In this document: piece by piece, positions 28,607 to 39,866 of the stretch
How positions within the stretch are numbered: position 1 is the first letter of the stretch
Layout of the letters: each line of letters begins with the position of its first letter
Source: an uncultured delta proteobacterium
Lineage (GTDB): Bacteria > Myxococcota_A > UBA9160 > SMWR01
Length of the DNA stretch: 64,000 nt
Assembly: GCA_963832165.1 (NCBI GenBank)
Contig: CAWHTE010000001.1
Coordinates: 160,001 to 224,000 of the forward strand
Direction of reading: 5' to 3'
Translations under genes and position numbers: made by a program
Notes under the pieces: model-generated
What the model was told of the DNA's origin: nothing
The model's input: only the letters and a program-made list of their open reading frames with translations
The model's database searches: none

Positions 28607-29488
28607 GTGCCGGTCACCGACCTCGCGCTGGTGCTCCTGTCCGCGTTCCTGCACGCGGTCTGGAGCGTCTCGATCAAGCAGAGCGGCGACCCGCTCTGCT
28701 TCAACCTGCTCCAGGTCTGGATCGCGGCGTGCGGCATGGCCTTCGTGCTGCCGTGGATCCCGTGGCACGCGATCCCCTTGCAGGTCTGGGTGCTCGTGAT
28801 GCTGACCGGGCCCACGCACGCGATCTATCTCTATTGGATGAGCCGCGCGTACGAGCACGGCGACCTCACGCTCGTGTATCCGATCGCGCGCTCGACGCCG
28901 GCGTTCCTGCCGCTCGTGGCGGTGCCGCTGTTCGGCGAGGTGCTCCATCCCATCGGCGGGCTGGGCATCGCGGTGGTGGTGATGGGGATCTGGCTCGTGC
29001 ACCTGGGCCCCGGGTTCGATCGCCCGCGCCTGGTCGGCACGGCGACGCGCTTCGCGCTTCTCACGCTGCTCACGACGGTCGTCTACTCGCTGATCGACAA
29101 GGCCGCGATGGCGCAGCTGGCGGCGGGCGCGTGGCCGAGCCTGCTGCCGCGCGCGATCGCCTACTCGGTACTGCTCCAGCTCGCCCACGCGATCGCGTTC
29201 ACGCCGCTGTTCTTCCGCGCGCGCGATCTCGCCGCGCTGCGCGTGGCCGCGCGCGAGCAGTTCGCGCGCGCAGGCGCCGCGGCGTTGGTCTCGTTCGCGG
29301 GATATGCGCTGATCCTGCGCGCGTTCGAGACCTCGCTCGCGAGCTACGTGGTCGCGGTGCGCCAGTCGAGCGTGCTGTTCGCGGTGGTGCTCGGCGCATT
29401 CTGGCTGCGCGAGCGCCCGAGCCGCCCGCGCATGCTCGGTGCGGCGGCGACGGTGATCGGCGTCGCGCTGATCGCGTGGTTCAGCTAG
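28607..29488 (+). CDS. EamA/DMT family transporter
   Basis: About 10 TM segments; AYEHGDLTLVYPIARS and YVVAVRQSSV motifs. Confidence 0.88.
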   Translation: MPVTDLALVLLSAFLHAVWSVSIKQSGDPLCFNLLQVWIAACGMAFVLPWIPWHAIPLQVWVLVMLTGPTHAIYLYWMSRAYEHGDLTLVYPIARSTPAFLPLVAVPLFGEVLHPIGGLGIAVVVMGIWLVHLGPGFDRPRLVGTATRFALLTLLTTVVYSLIDKAAMAQLAAGAWPSLLPRAIAYSVLLQLAHAIAFTPLFFRARDLAALRVAAREQFARAGAAALVSFAGYALILRAFETSLASYVVAVRQSSVLFAVVLGAFWLRERPSRPRMLGAAATVIGVALIAWFS

Positions 29489-29490
29489 GG

Positions 29491-31980
29491 CTACCGCCGC
29501 GAGCCGACCCGCCGTTCCTCGCGCGGCTGCAGCTCGGCCTCGACGATCGGGCGCAGCCACGGCCCGATGTCGGGATGATCGACCAGGCCCGCACGCAGCA
29601 GGCGATCCGCGCCGATCGCGCGCACTTCCCTCGCGGTACCGGCCTCGCGCGCGCGCCGCGCGTCGCTCTCGGCGTCGCGCTGGTCGAGCGCGTGGATGAT
29701 CTCCTTCACGATCGGCACTGCGCTCGGCGTCACGGAGAGCTCACCGATGCCGAGCCCGACCAGGATCGGCACCGCGAGCGGGTTGCTCGCCATCTCGCCG
29801 CACACCGACACCGGGATGCCCGCGCGCAGCGCGCCGCGCGCGCTGCGGTCGAGCAGCGACAGGACCGCCGGGTGCAGCGGATCGAAGAGATGCGCGATGT
29901 GCTCGTTGCCGCGGTCGACCGCGAGCGTGTACTGGGTGAGGTCGTTGGTGCCGATGCTGAAGAAATCGCACTCTCGCGCGAGCGCGTCCGCGATCAGCGC
30001 CGCGGACGGCACCTCGATCATGATGCCCACGGGCAGCTCGGGGTCGAACGGCCGGCCCGCGGCGCGCATCCCTTCCTTCGTCTCCTCGAGGATCTCGCGC
30101 GCGCGCCGCAGCTCCTCGAGCGACGAGATCATGGGCAGGAGCAGCCGCACGTTTCCGACCGAGCTCGCGCGCAGGATCGCGCGCAGCTGGGCGCGGAACG
30201 CGTCGAGATGGGTGAACGAGAGCCGGATCGAGCGGCAGCCGAGCTGCGGGTTGTCCTCGTGCGGCAGCGCGAGGTTTGCCACCTCCTTGTCGCCGCCGAG
30301 GTCGAGCGTGCGGATCGTGACGGACCGCGGCGCGAGCAGCGTGGCGACGCGCTCGTAGAGCTGCTCCTGCTCCTCTTCCTCGGGGAAGCCGCGGTGTGCC
30401 ACCGCGAGCATCTCGGTCCGGAACAGGCCCACGCCCTCCGCGCCGTGCTGTTCGACCAGGCGCAGGTCGGAGACGAGCCCGCAGTTGGCGGTCAGCGCGA
30501 TGCGCCGGCCGTCGCGCGTCTCGGCCGGCAGCGCGCGCAGTGCGTCAAGGTGTTCGGCCGCGATCTCGAAGCGCTCGCGCGCGCGCTCGTACTCGGCCAC
30601 GAGCCGCTCGTCGGGCGAGAGGAACACCGTGCCTTCACCGCCGTCCACGATCGCGAGCTCGCCGGACCGGATCGCCGCGATCAGCCCCGGCACGCCCGTC
30701 ACCGCGGGGATCTCGAGCGTGCGCGCGAAGATCGCGCCGTGCGAGGTCGGTCCGCCGTGCTCCGAAACGATCGCGGCCACGCGGTCGATGTCGAACCGCG
30801 CGAAGTGTCCCGGCAGCATGTTGTCGGTCACTACGATCGAGCCGCGCTCCATCGTGGGCCGTACGTGGCGGTCGCCGAGCAGCTGCTCCATCACGCGCCG
30901 CCCGATGTCCTCCACGTCCATCATGCGGTCGCGGAAGTAGGGGTCCTGGATCCGGCTGAACGTCTTGCGATAGGCGGAGAGCACGTCGACGAGCGCGCTG
31001 TGCGCGTTACCGGTCTCGTGCACTGCCTTGCGCAGCTTCGTGACGAAGCCCTTGTCTTCGAGGATCTGGATGTGGGTGTGGAAGACCGCCGAGAAGTCGG
31101 GCCCGAACCGGTCGCCGAGCTCCTCGCGGTTGTCGTCGAGGTCGCGGCGCACGAACTGGATCGCCTGGAGAAGGTCGTTCTCCTCGTCGTCGGCGCTTTC
31201 CCGCGGCGCGTACTCGAGCACCGCGAGGTCGAGCGGATTCTCCATGCGATAGATCGGCCCGATCGCGATCCCGCGCGCGGTGCCGATCCCGCGGAACTCG
31301 ACGTTGTGATCGGCGCGCGGCCGCGGGACGCCCGCGATGCGGACGCCGCGGGCCGCGAGCTCAGGTGCGAGCTCTGCGGTGCTGCGCTGGATCGACTCCT
31401 CCGACTCGTCCACGAGCGACAAGAGCCGCGCGTTCATCACGATCGGCGAGATCAGCTGCGCGCAGGTCTGGAACAGGTCGATGTCGTAGGGCTCGAAGGT
31501 GCGGCGCTCGACGGTCTGGATCACGAGCACGCCGATCGTCACGTTGCGCATCAGGAGCGGAACCGCCACGAGCGTCGTGAATCGCTCCTCGCCGGTCTCC
31601 GGGAAGTACTTGTAGTGCGGGTGGTTCTGGGCGTCGTCGCTGACCACGGGCGCGCGCCGCAGCGCGGCCAGACCGACCAGGCCCTCGCCGAGCGGGAGCG
31701 TGACGCGCCCGATCGACTCGCGGTGGAGTCCGTTCGTGGCCGACAGCGTCAGACGCTTGAGGTCGGCCTCCACCAGGTAGATCGAGCACGCGTCCGCATC
31801 CAGGCGCTTGCCGACCAGATCCACCACGTTGCCGAGCGTCTCGTGCAGGTCGTGCGAGCGCGCGACGACCTCAGCGACGTCCGCAAGCAGTGTGACGCGA
31901 TCCGAAATGGACGAAGTCCCCCGCGGCGCGGGTTCGCGGTCGGGGCCCCTCTGCGCGAACCGATCCGGGGATGTTACCAC
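29491..31980 (-). CDS. ptsP: PEP-protein phosphotransferase with GAF domain (enzyme I-Ntr); start uncertain
   Basis: N-terminal GAF (GEGLVG), GGPTSHGAI phospho-His, GLFRTE, ENPQLG-like and SIGTNDLTQY motifs. Confidence 0.9.
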   Translation of the reverse strand: MVTSPDRFAQRGPDREPAPRGTSSISDRVTLLADVAEVVARSHDLHETLGNVVDLVGKRLDADACSIYLVEADLKRLTLSATNGLHRESIGRVTLPLGEGLVGLAALRRAPVVSDDAQNHPHYKYFPETGEERFTTLVAVPLLMRNVTIGVLVIQTVERRTFEPYDIDLFQTCAQLISPIVMNARLLSLVDESEESIQRSTAELAPELAARGVRIAGVPRPRADHNVEFRGIGTARGIAIGPIYRMENPLDLAVLEYAPRESADDEENDLLQAIQFVRRDLDDNREELGDRFGPDFSAVFHTHIQILEDKGFVTKLRKAVHETGNAHSALVDVLSAYRKTFSRIQDPYFRDRMMDVEDIGRRVMEQLLGDRHVRPTMERGSIVVTDNMLPGHFARFDIDRVAAIVSEHGGPTSHGAIFARTLEIPAVTGVPGLIAAIRSGELAIVDGGEGTVFLSPDERLVAEYERARERFEIAAEHLDALRALPAETRDGRRIALTANCGLVSDLRLVEQHGAEGVGLFRTEMLAVAHRGFPEEEEQEQLYERVATLLAPRSVTIRTLDLGGDKEVANLALPHEDNPQLGCRSIRLSFTHLDAFRAQLRAILRASSVGNVRLLLPMISSLEELRRAREILEETKEGMRAAGRPFDPELPVGIMIEVPSAALIADALARECDFFSIGTNDLTQYTLAVDRGNEHIAHLFDPLHPAVLSLLDRSARGALRAGIPVSVCGEMASNPLAVPILVGLGIGELSVTPSAVPIVKEIIHALDQRDAESDARRAREAGTAREVRAIGADRLLRAGLVDHPDIGPWLRPIVEAELQPREERRVGSRR

Positions 31981-32006
31981 CCGGACCGGGAGGATCGGTG
32001 GGCTGA

Positions 32007-32258
32007 CTAGAAGCCCGACGGCATGTGCGGACTCGGATCGCCCATGAGCGCGTTCGCGAGCATCCGGCTCGACGGGAACACGTGATCCTTGTCCTCGAAG
32101 CGCAGGCCGAGCGCGAGCAGGATCTTGCGCTTCGTGTCCATGCGGCAGTTCATGCCCTTTTCGACGCTGTGGATCGTGCGCAGCGCAACCTTCGCCTTGC
32201 GAGCCAACTGGGCCTGCGTCATCAGGCGGTTCTCGCGCAGTTCGCGGACCCGGTTCAT
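32007..32258 (-). CDS. Xre-family helix-turn-helix regulator (alternative start 32288)
   Basis: NRVRELRE...MTQAQLARKAKVALRTIHSVEKG HTH. Confidence 0.85.
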   Translation of the reverse strand: MNRVRELRENRLMTQAQLARKAKVALRTIHSVEKGMNCRMDTKRKILLALGLRFEDKDHVFPSSRMLANALMGDPSPHMPSGF

Positions 32259-32593
32259 GCTGATCGCCTTCGAACGACTGCTCTCCATTGCGCACCCACC
32301 CCCTTCGGTCGGCCGGATTGGGAGCCGACTGGGTTCAACTCCACGTGGTGCGTTTCGTCTGGGCAGGGATTTTCTTTAGGGAAAATGCAGCCTTGCCCGG
32401 TCTTTGGGGGGGGTGCCCCGCAATTCAATCCGCTGGCGGAGGCCGAAGATCCAACCTCCCGACGCACATGAGAGATTTGGCCGCGCGCGCATCACGGCAC
32501 GCGCCCCGGGGGCCGCGACCGGCACAGTTTCCGGGCCGAGCGCCCGCGATCTGGGCCATCTTCGGGCCCCGCGGAGGTGTGGAGGTGGCCGGG

Positions 32594-33073
32594 TTGAGCG
32601 CCCGAGATCGGATTCTTTCGCGCAGCGCCGCGCGCGCCGCGGTGCGCTCGGCTCAGCGCCGCGGCGAGCGGGTGGTCTTCACGAACGGCTGCTTCGATCT
32701 GCTCCACGTCGGCCACGTGCGCAGCCTCGAGCAGGCGAAGAGCCTCGGCGATCGCCTGGTCGTGGCCGTGAATCGCGATGCGTCGGTACGGCGGCAGAAG
32801 GGCGACAGCCGGCCGATCGTCGGCGAGCGCCAGCGCGCCGAGCTGCTCGGGGCGCTCGCGTGCGTCGACTGGGTGGTGCTGTTCGGCGAGGACACACCGC
32901 TCGCGCTGATCCGGAGCCTGCGGCCCGACGTGCTCGCGAAGGGCGGCGACTGGCGGCCCGGCGAGATCGTCGGGAGCGAGGACGTGCTCAGCTGGGGCGG
33001 CCGCGTGGAGCGGCTGCGCGTGGTGCCCGGCGTCCGCACCACGCGGCTCGTCGACCGCGCGCGGCGCTCCTGA
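32594..33073 (+). CDS. rfaE2: D-glycero-beta-D-manno-heptose-1-phosphate adenylyltransferase (stand-alone HldE domain II)
   Basis: VFTNGCFDLLHVGH, KGDSRP, FGEDTP and KGGDW motifs. Confidence 0.9.
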   Translation: MSARDRILSRSAARAAVRSAQRRGERVVFTNGCFDLLHVGHVRSLEQAKSLGDRLVVAVNRDASVRRQKGDSRPIVGERQRAELLGALACVDWVVLFGEDTPLALIRSLRPDVLAKGGDWRPGEIVGSEDVLSWGGRVERLRVVPGVRTTRLVDRARRS

Positions 33074-33339
33074 TGTCGGTGCGCGGCGAGTTCAGGCGCC
33101 TGCTCGGCGACGTGCTCGCGACACTGCGCGACGCGCAGCTCGCGCCCGACACCCAGCGCGCGCTCGAGCCGTTGCTCGAACGCTCCCGCGAGGATCTGAC
33201 CGGCGCGGCAGAAGCCGCACTCGCGCTGTCGGCGCGACTCGACGCGCGCGCGTTTCCCGACCCGGCCACGCGGTGGCGCTTCGAGGAGGCGTTCGAGCGC
33301 CTCGACGCCGTGTGCCGGATCATCCTCGGGAAGACGTAG
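33073..33339 (+). CDS. Small helical hypothetical protein
   Basis: TGATG coupling with rfaE2; 88 aa. Confidence 0.6.
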   Translation: MSVRGEFRRLLGDVLATLRDAQLAPDTQRALEPLLERSREDLTGAAEAALALSARLDARAFPDPATRWRFEEAFERLDAVCRIILGKT

Positions 33340-33412
33340 GGCGGGAGGAATCCCGCCTTCCGCGGCCGGAACGCGAAAGGCGGGATCCGCCTTCGGCTCC
33401 TCCCGCCCTACG
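33335..33412. repeat. 78-bp branched palindromic element with GTAG termini
   Basis: Outer 15-bp stem CGTAGGGCGGGAGGA/TCCTCCCGCCCTACG, inner 10-bp stem ATCCCGCCTT/AAGGCGGGAT, and a GCC-TTC-GGC mini-hairpin. Confidence 0.75.
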
Positions 33413-34013
33413 CCGACCGCGTAGATGGAGTCGAGAGGCGCGCGACGTCCTCGGGCGTGTTCAGATTGGTGAGCGCGGTGCCATCGGGATCGACCCCGCG
33501 CAGATCGTCGCCTTCGAGGTAGCGCGTCGCGAGCGCGTCGAGCAGCGCAGACAGCGCGAGCCGCTCCTCGGCGAGATGGCGGCGCGCGACCGCGAGCGCG
33601 GGCTTGCGTCGGTAGAGCGCGCACAGCGGATGCACGCCGTCCGCGCCGCGCGGCACCACCGCATCGGCCTCGGGCCACGCGATCAGCGCCAGGAGCAGGT
33701 CGGGCGTGACGAACGGGACGTCGGTCGCCACGACTAGCACGCGCTCGGCGCGCGCGGCCTCGAGCGCGGCGACCAGGCCGCGCAGCGCGCAGCGCTCCCC
33801 TTCGCCGTCCTGCACGCGGCGTCCCGGCGCGTCCGCGGGCGGATCGCCGCCCACGAGCACCACGTCCTCGCACAAGAGCGCGAGGCAGCGCGCGACGCGC
33901 GTGGCGGCGGCGACGCCGTCGATCGCGAGATGGGCCTTGTCGCTGCCCATGCGCGAAGAGGTGCCACCCGTGAGCACGGCGCCCGAGATGTTCGAGAAGC
34001 GATCTGCGGACAC
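33408..34013 (-). CDS. mobA: Molybdenum cofactor guanylyltransferase
   Basis: VLTGGTSSRMGSDKA, ATDVPF, HPLCALY and NLNTPED motifs. Confidence 0.9.
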   Translation of the reverse strand: MSADRFSNISGAVLTGGTSSRMGSDKAHLAIDGVAAATRVARCLALLCEDVVLVGGDPPADAPGRRVQDGEGERCALRGLVAALEAARAERVLVVATDVPFVTPDLLLALIAWPEADAVVPRGADGVHPLCALYRRKPALAVARRHLAEERLALSALLDALATRYLEGDDLRGVDPDGTALTNLNTPEDVARLSTPSTRSA

Positions 34014-34021
34014 GTCCCGCC

Positions 34022-35284
34022 TCAGAACCCCGGTCCGTCGGCGGCGAGGAAGTCCGCGTCGAGCACCTGCACCGCTGCGCTCGCGCCCGCGGCGAGCTCG
34101 CTCTCCTCGGCGGGGAAGATCAGCACGCCCTGGGCGCGGATCATCGACGTGAGCACGCCGGAGCTCTGGCTGCCGGTGCTGCGGGCAACGATGACACCAT
34201 CTCCCTCGCGCTCGAGCGTCACGCGCACGAGGTGCATGCGGCCCGGCTTCTTGCGCATCGTCTCGGCGACCCGGGCGCGCACGATCGGCCGGTACAGCTG
34301 CGCCGCGCCCTGCATGCGCAACAGCGCCGGACGCACGAACTGCTCGAACGTCATCATCGCCGACACGGGATTGCCGGGCAGGCCGAACACGAGCGGACCG
34401 CGCGCCTCCTCCCCCACGCGCCCGAACGCGAGCGGATAGCCCGGCTTGATCTTCACCCCCCAGAAGTGGAGCCGGCAGCCGAGCTTCTCGAGCACGCCGC
34501 GCACGAAGTCGCGATCGCCCACGGAGACGCCCGCCGAGCTCACGATCACGTCGGCGGCGAGGCCCGCGCGCAGCCGGCGCTCGATGTCTTCGGGTGTGTC
34601 GCGCGCGATGCCGAGATACACGGGGTCCGCGCCGAGCTCTCGGCACTGCGCGGCGATCGACCACGAATTCGAGGACACGATCCGCCCGCCCGCGATCTCG
34701 CCGTCGGGCTCCACGAGCTCGTCGCCGCCCGAGAGCACTGCGACGCGCGGACGCTGGACCACCGCGACGACCGTGCGTCCGAGCGACGCGAGCATGCCGA
34801 TCTGCGCTGCGCCGAGCCTCGCACCGGCCGCGAGCACGTGGTCGCCGGGCTGCACGTCCTCGCCCGCGCGGCGCACGTTCTCGCCGAGCTCGGGCGCGAC
34901 GCGGATCGCGACGCGGTCGCCCTCGCGCTCGGTGTCCTCCTGGCGCACCACCGAGTCGGCGCCCGGCGGCAGCGGCGCGCCCGTGAGGATGCGCGCGGCG
35001 GACCCGCGCGCGAGATGCGGCAGGTCCGAGCTGCCCGCGGGCACCTCGAATACCACCGGCAGCGAGACGGGCGCGCCCGCGGAGGCATCCGCGCAGTCCG
35101 CGGCGCACACGGCATAGCCGTCCATCGCCGAGTTGTCCGCGGGCGGCAGCACGCGCGTGGAGCGCACGTCCTCGCAGAGGACCCGCCCGAGCGCCTCGCC
35201 GAGCGACACGGTCTCGGGGCCGAGCACGGGCGTCTCGGCGAGCACGCGCGCGAGCGCCTCGGCCGCGGTGATGTCGCGCTGCAT
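34022..35284 (-). CDS. moeA: Molybdopterin molybdotransferase
   Basis: NSAMDGYA, RILTGAPLP, GVSVGDRD, KPGYP and GLPGNP motifs. Confidence 0.93.
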   Translation of the reverse strand: MQRDITAAEALARVLAETPVLGPETVSLGEALGRVLCEDVRSTRVLPPADNSAMDGYAVCAADCADASAGAPVSLPVVFEVPAGSSDLPHLARGSAARILTGAPLPPGADSVVRQEDTEREGDRVAIRVAPELGENVRRAGEDVQPGDHVLAAGARLGAAQIGMLASLGRTVVAVVQRPRVAVLSGGDELVEPDGEIAGGRIVSSNSWSIAAQCRELGADPVYLGIARDTPEDIERRLRAGLAADVIVSSAGVSVGDRDFVRGVLEKLGCRLHFWGVKIKPGYPLAFGRVGEEARGPLVFGLPGNPVSAMMTFEQFVRPALLRMQGAAQLYRPIVRARVAETMRKKPGRMHLVRVTLEREGDGVIVARSTGSQSSGVLTSMIRAQGVLIFPAEESELAAGASAAVQVLDADFLAADGPGF

Positions 35285-35314
35285 GACGCGAACCTTACCG
35301 CGCCCCATCTCTAG

Positions 35315-35371
35315 TGCCCCGCCAAGGGGCGCCCGCCGGAGTCCACCGCTAAATTGCCCAAACTTTGGGCA
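35315..35371. promoter_or_regulatory. Two 17-bp NtrC-type palindromic boxes
   Basis: TGCCC-AAACTTT-GGGCA (35355-35371) and TGCCC-CGCCAAG-GGGCG (35315-35331), 40 bp apart. Confidence 0.55.
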
Positions 35372-35399
35372 CCCAGCCGACTTCGACGCGGGGCCGGCG

Positions 35400-36481
35400 G
35401 TGAGCCGGCGCGACCTCCAGGACGTCCTCGAGGCGGTGCTCGACGGCGTGGTCGTGGTCGACCGCGAGGGGCGCGTCGAGCTCGTGAACGGCGAGGCGTG
35501 CCGGATGCTCGAGACCTCCGCCGAGTTCGCGGCCGGGCTTCCGCTCGCGCGCGTCGCCGATGCCGGGTTCGACGCGCTCGTGCGCTCGGTGCTCGAGCTC
35601 GGCCGCCCCGCCGTCCAGGACGATCGCGTGCTCGCGCGCCGCTTCTCCCCCGATCTCTTCCTCGACGTCGCGGCGGCGCCGCTCTGGGACGAGGAGCGCG
35701 GGCTCTCGGGGGTCGTGCTCGCGCTGCGCGATCGCACGATCCACCGCTCGCTCGCCGAGCGTGCGACCGAGCGCGAGCGCCTCTCGGCGTACGGCACGAT
35801 CGCGTCGGGCATCGCGCACGAGGTGAAGAATCCGCTCGGCGGGATCCGCGGAGCGGCCGAGATCCTCGCGTCGCGCACGACCGACGAGAAGTCGCGCGAC
35901 GCCGCGGCGCTGATCGTGCGCGAGGTGGACCGGATCCGCTCGCTCGTCGACGACCTGCTCGTGTTCCACCAGCGCGACGCACTGCGGCTCACGCCGTGCA
36001 ACATCCACCGCGTGCTCGACGAGATGCTTCAGCTGCTCTCGATGGACCCGATCGCGACGGGCGTGAAGCTCGAGCGCAGCTTCGACCCGTCGATTCCCGA
36101 GCTCATCGCGGACTCCGACCGGCTCACCCAGGTGTTCCTGAACCTCGGGCGCAATGCGCTCCAGGCGCTCGACGGCGAGGGAACGCTGCTCGTCGAGACG
36201 CGCATGGCGCTCGACCAGCGCTTGACCTCGCAGCGCGGCAGCTCGCTGCCGACGCTCGCGATCACGGTCGCGGACGACGGGCCCGGGATCGAGCCCGAGG
36301 TGTTCGAGCAGCTCTCGACACCGTTCTTCACGACACGCGCGGGCGGCACCGGGCTCGGGCTCGCAGTTTCACGGCATTGGGTGGCGCGCCACGGCGGCAC
36401 GCTGCGGCTCGAGAGCGAGCCCGGAAGCGGCACGCGCGTGCGCGTGTTCCTGCCGATCGGTGGGCCCGAGGAGGCAGGGGT

Positions 36482-36485
<4 letters not shown>
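35400..36485 (+). CDS. ntrB: PAS sensor histidine kinase, NtrB-like
   Basis: PAS domain, IAHEVKNPLGGIRGAA H-box, FDPSIP, QVFLNL and GTGLGL motifs. Confidence 0.8.
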
Positions 36486-37905
<1,420 letters not shown>

Positions 37906-37909
<4 letters not shown>

Positions 37910-38580
37910 ACGCTCTCCGCCGGTGGGAAGGGCTGCACGTCATTGCCGACGACGACCCGCGCTGGAAGTGCGACCCGGTCGATCAGGCGCTCGCCGCGTG
38001 CGCGGGGGGCGCCGCCGTGGTGCAGCTGCGCGCGAAGCTCGCCACCGATCGCGCGGCGCTCGCGTGGGGAGAGGCGATCCGCGCGGCCACCCGGCGCGCG
38101 GGTGCGCTGTTCTGCGTGAACGACCGCATCGACATCGCGCTCGCGTGCGGCGCCGACGGCGTCCACCTCGGCCAGGAGGACGTGCCGCCCGCGCGGATCC
38201 CGGCCGAGTGGCGCGAGCGGATCGCGATCGGCCGGTCCACCCACACGCTCGAGCAGGTCGCGCGCGCGTGCGAGGAGCCCGTCGACTACGTCGCGTTCGG
38301 ACCCGTGTTCGAGACGCGCACGAAGACGCAGGAGTGGGGCGAGCGCGGTCTCGCGCTGCTCGCCGACGCGGTGGTGCGCGCGGCGCCGCGCCCCGTGGTG
38401 GCGATCGGCGGGATCGACGCGGGCCGCGTCTCGTCCGTGCGCGCCGCGGGTGCGGGGGGCTTCGCGGTGATCTCCGCGGTGGCGGGCGCGGCCTCTCCCG
38501 AGGCGGCCGTGCGCGAGCTCGCGCAGGCCTGGCTGCAAGCCGAAGTGAAGCCGAGCGGTGACCCCGAGGGCGGCGCATGA
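37906..38580 (+). CDS. thiE: Thiamine-phosphate synthase
   Basis: VQLRAK, VNDR, DGVHLGQED, GRSTH and VAIGGI motifs. Confidence 0.92.
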
Positions 38581-39809
38581 CCGACCTCGCGCCGCGCGCG
38601 GTCTCCGCGCTCGGATTCCTGGTCTGGATCGCGCTCGCGTGGGCGCTCTCGGAGGACCGCCGCGCCGTGCCGTGGCGCACCGTCGGCTGGGGCATCGCGC
38701 TCCAGCTCGCGCTCGGCCTCCTGCTGCTCAAGACGCCGTTCGGAACCGGCTTCTTCTCGATGATGAGCGCGCTCGTCGCCGCGCTGATTGCCTGCACGGA
38801 CGCGGGCGTGCGCTTCGTGTTCGGCTCGCTCGTCGACACGGGCTTCTCGTTCGCGATCAGCGTGCTGCCCACGATCGTGTTCATGGGCAGCCTGTTCGCG
38901 GTGCTCTACCACGTGGGCTTCCTGCAGCTCGTCGTGCGCGCTCTCTCGGTCGTGTTCGCGCGCACGATGCGGATCTCGGGCGCCGAGAGCCTGTGCGCGA
39001 TCGCGAACATCTTCCTCGGCATGATCGAGTCGGCGCTGGTCGTGCGGCCCTACCTGTCGCGCATGACGCGCTCGGAGCTCTTCTCGCTGATGACGCTCGG
39101 CATGGCCACGGTCGCGGGGTCGGTGATGCTCGCCTACGTGGGCATGCTCGGCGGCGGCGACTACGCGGGTCATCTCGCCACGGCGAGCCTGATCTCGGCG
39201 CCCGCGGGCGTGCTGATCGCCAAGCTCATGGTGCCCGAGCGCGAGCACCCCGCGACCGCGGGCGGCGACGTCGCCGACATCCCGGGCGGCGCCGCGAACC
39301 TGATCGACGCGGCCGCGCAGGGCGCGATCGCGGGGCTGCGCCTCGCGGGCTACGTCGGGGCGCTCCTGATCGCGTTCGTGGCGCTGATCGCGCTCGCCAA
39401 CGGCGTGCTCGGGTGGGTCGGCGGGCAGCTGGGCGTGCCCGATCTCACGCTGCAGCGCGCGCTCGGCGTGCTCATGGCGCCCGCGGCGTGGCTGCTCGGC
39501 GTGCCGTGGGCGGACGCGAGCGCCGTGGGATCGCTGATCGGCCTGAAGACCGTGCTGAACGAGTTCCTGGCCTATCAGGATCTGGCAGCCCAGATCGCCG
39601 CGGGCTCGATCGCGCCGCGCTCGGCCGTGATCGCCTCGTACGCGCTGTGCGGCTTCGCGAACTTCGGCTCGCTCGCGATCATGCTGGGCGGTCTCGGGGG
39701 CCTCGCCCCGGACCGGCACGGCGAGGTCGCGCAGCTGGGCCTGCGCAGCATCGTCTCGGGCACGCTCGCGAGCTTCTCGACCGCGTGCGTGGCCGGAATG
39801 CTCCTGTAG
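38577..39809 (+). CDS. NupC/CNT concentrative nucleoside transporter
   Basis: VLPTIVF, GAES...NIFLGMIES, NEFLAY and LCGFANFGS motifs. Confidence 0.92.
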   Translation: MTDLAPRAVSALGFLVWIALAWALSEDRRAVPWRTVGWGIALQLALGLLLLKTPFGTGFFSMMSALVAALIACTDAGVRFVFGSLVDTGFSFAISVLPTIVFMGSLFAVLYHVGFLQLVVRALSVVFARTMRISGAESLCAIANIFLGMIESALVVRPYLSRMTRSELFSLMTLGMATVAGSVMLAYVGMLGGGDYAGHLATASLISAPAGVLIAKLMVPEREHPATAGGDVADIPGGAANLIDAAAQGAIAGLRLAGYVGALLIAFVALIALANGVLGWVGGQLGVPDLTLQRALGVLMAPAAWLLGVPWADASAVGSLIGLKTVLNEFLAYQDLAAQIAAGSIAPRSAVIASYALCGFANFGSLAIMLGGLGGLAPDRHGEVAQLGLRSIVSGTLASFSTACVAGMLL

Positions 39810-39866
39810 GAACCGCCAGCTACTATCGCGGCCCGCAGCCCCCCGAGAAAGGACCGACCGATCCCC

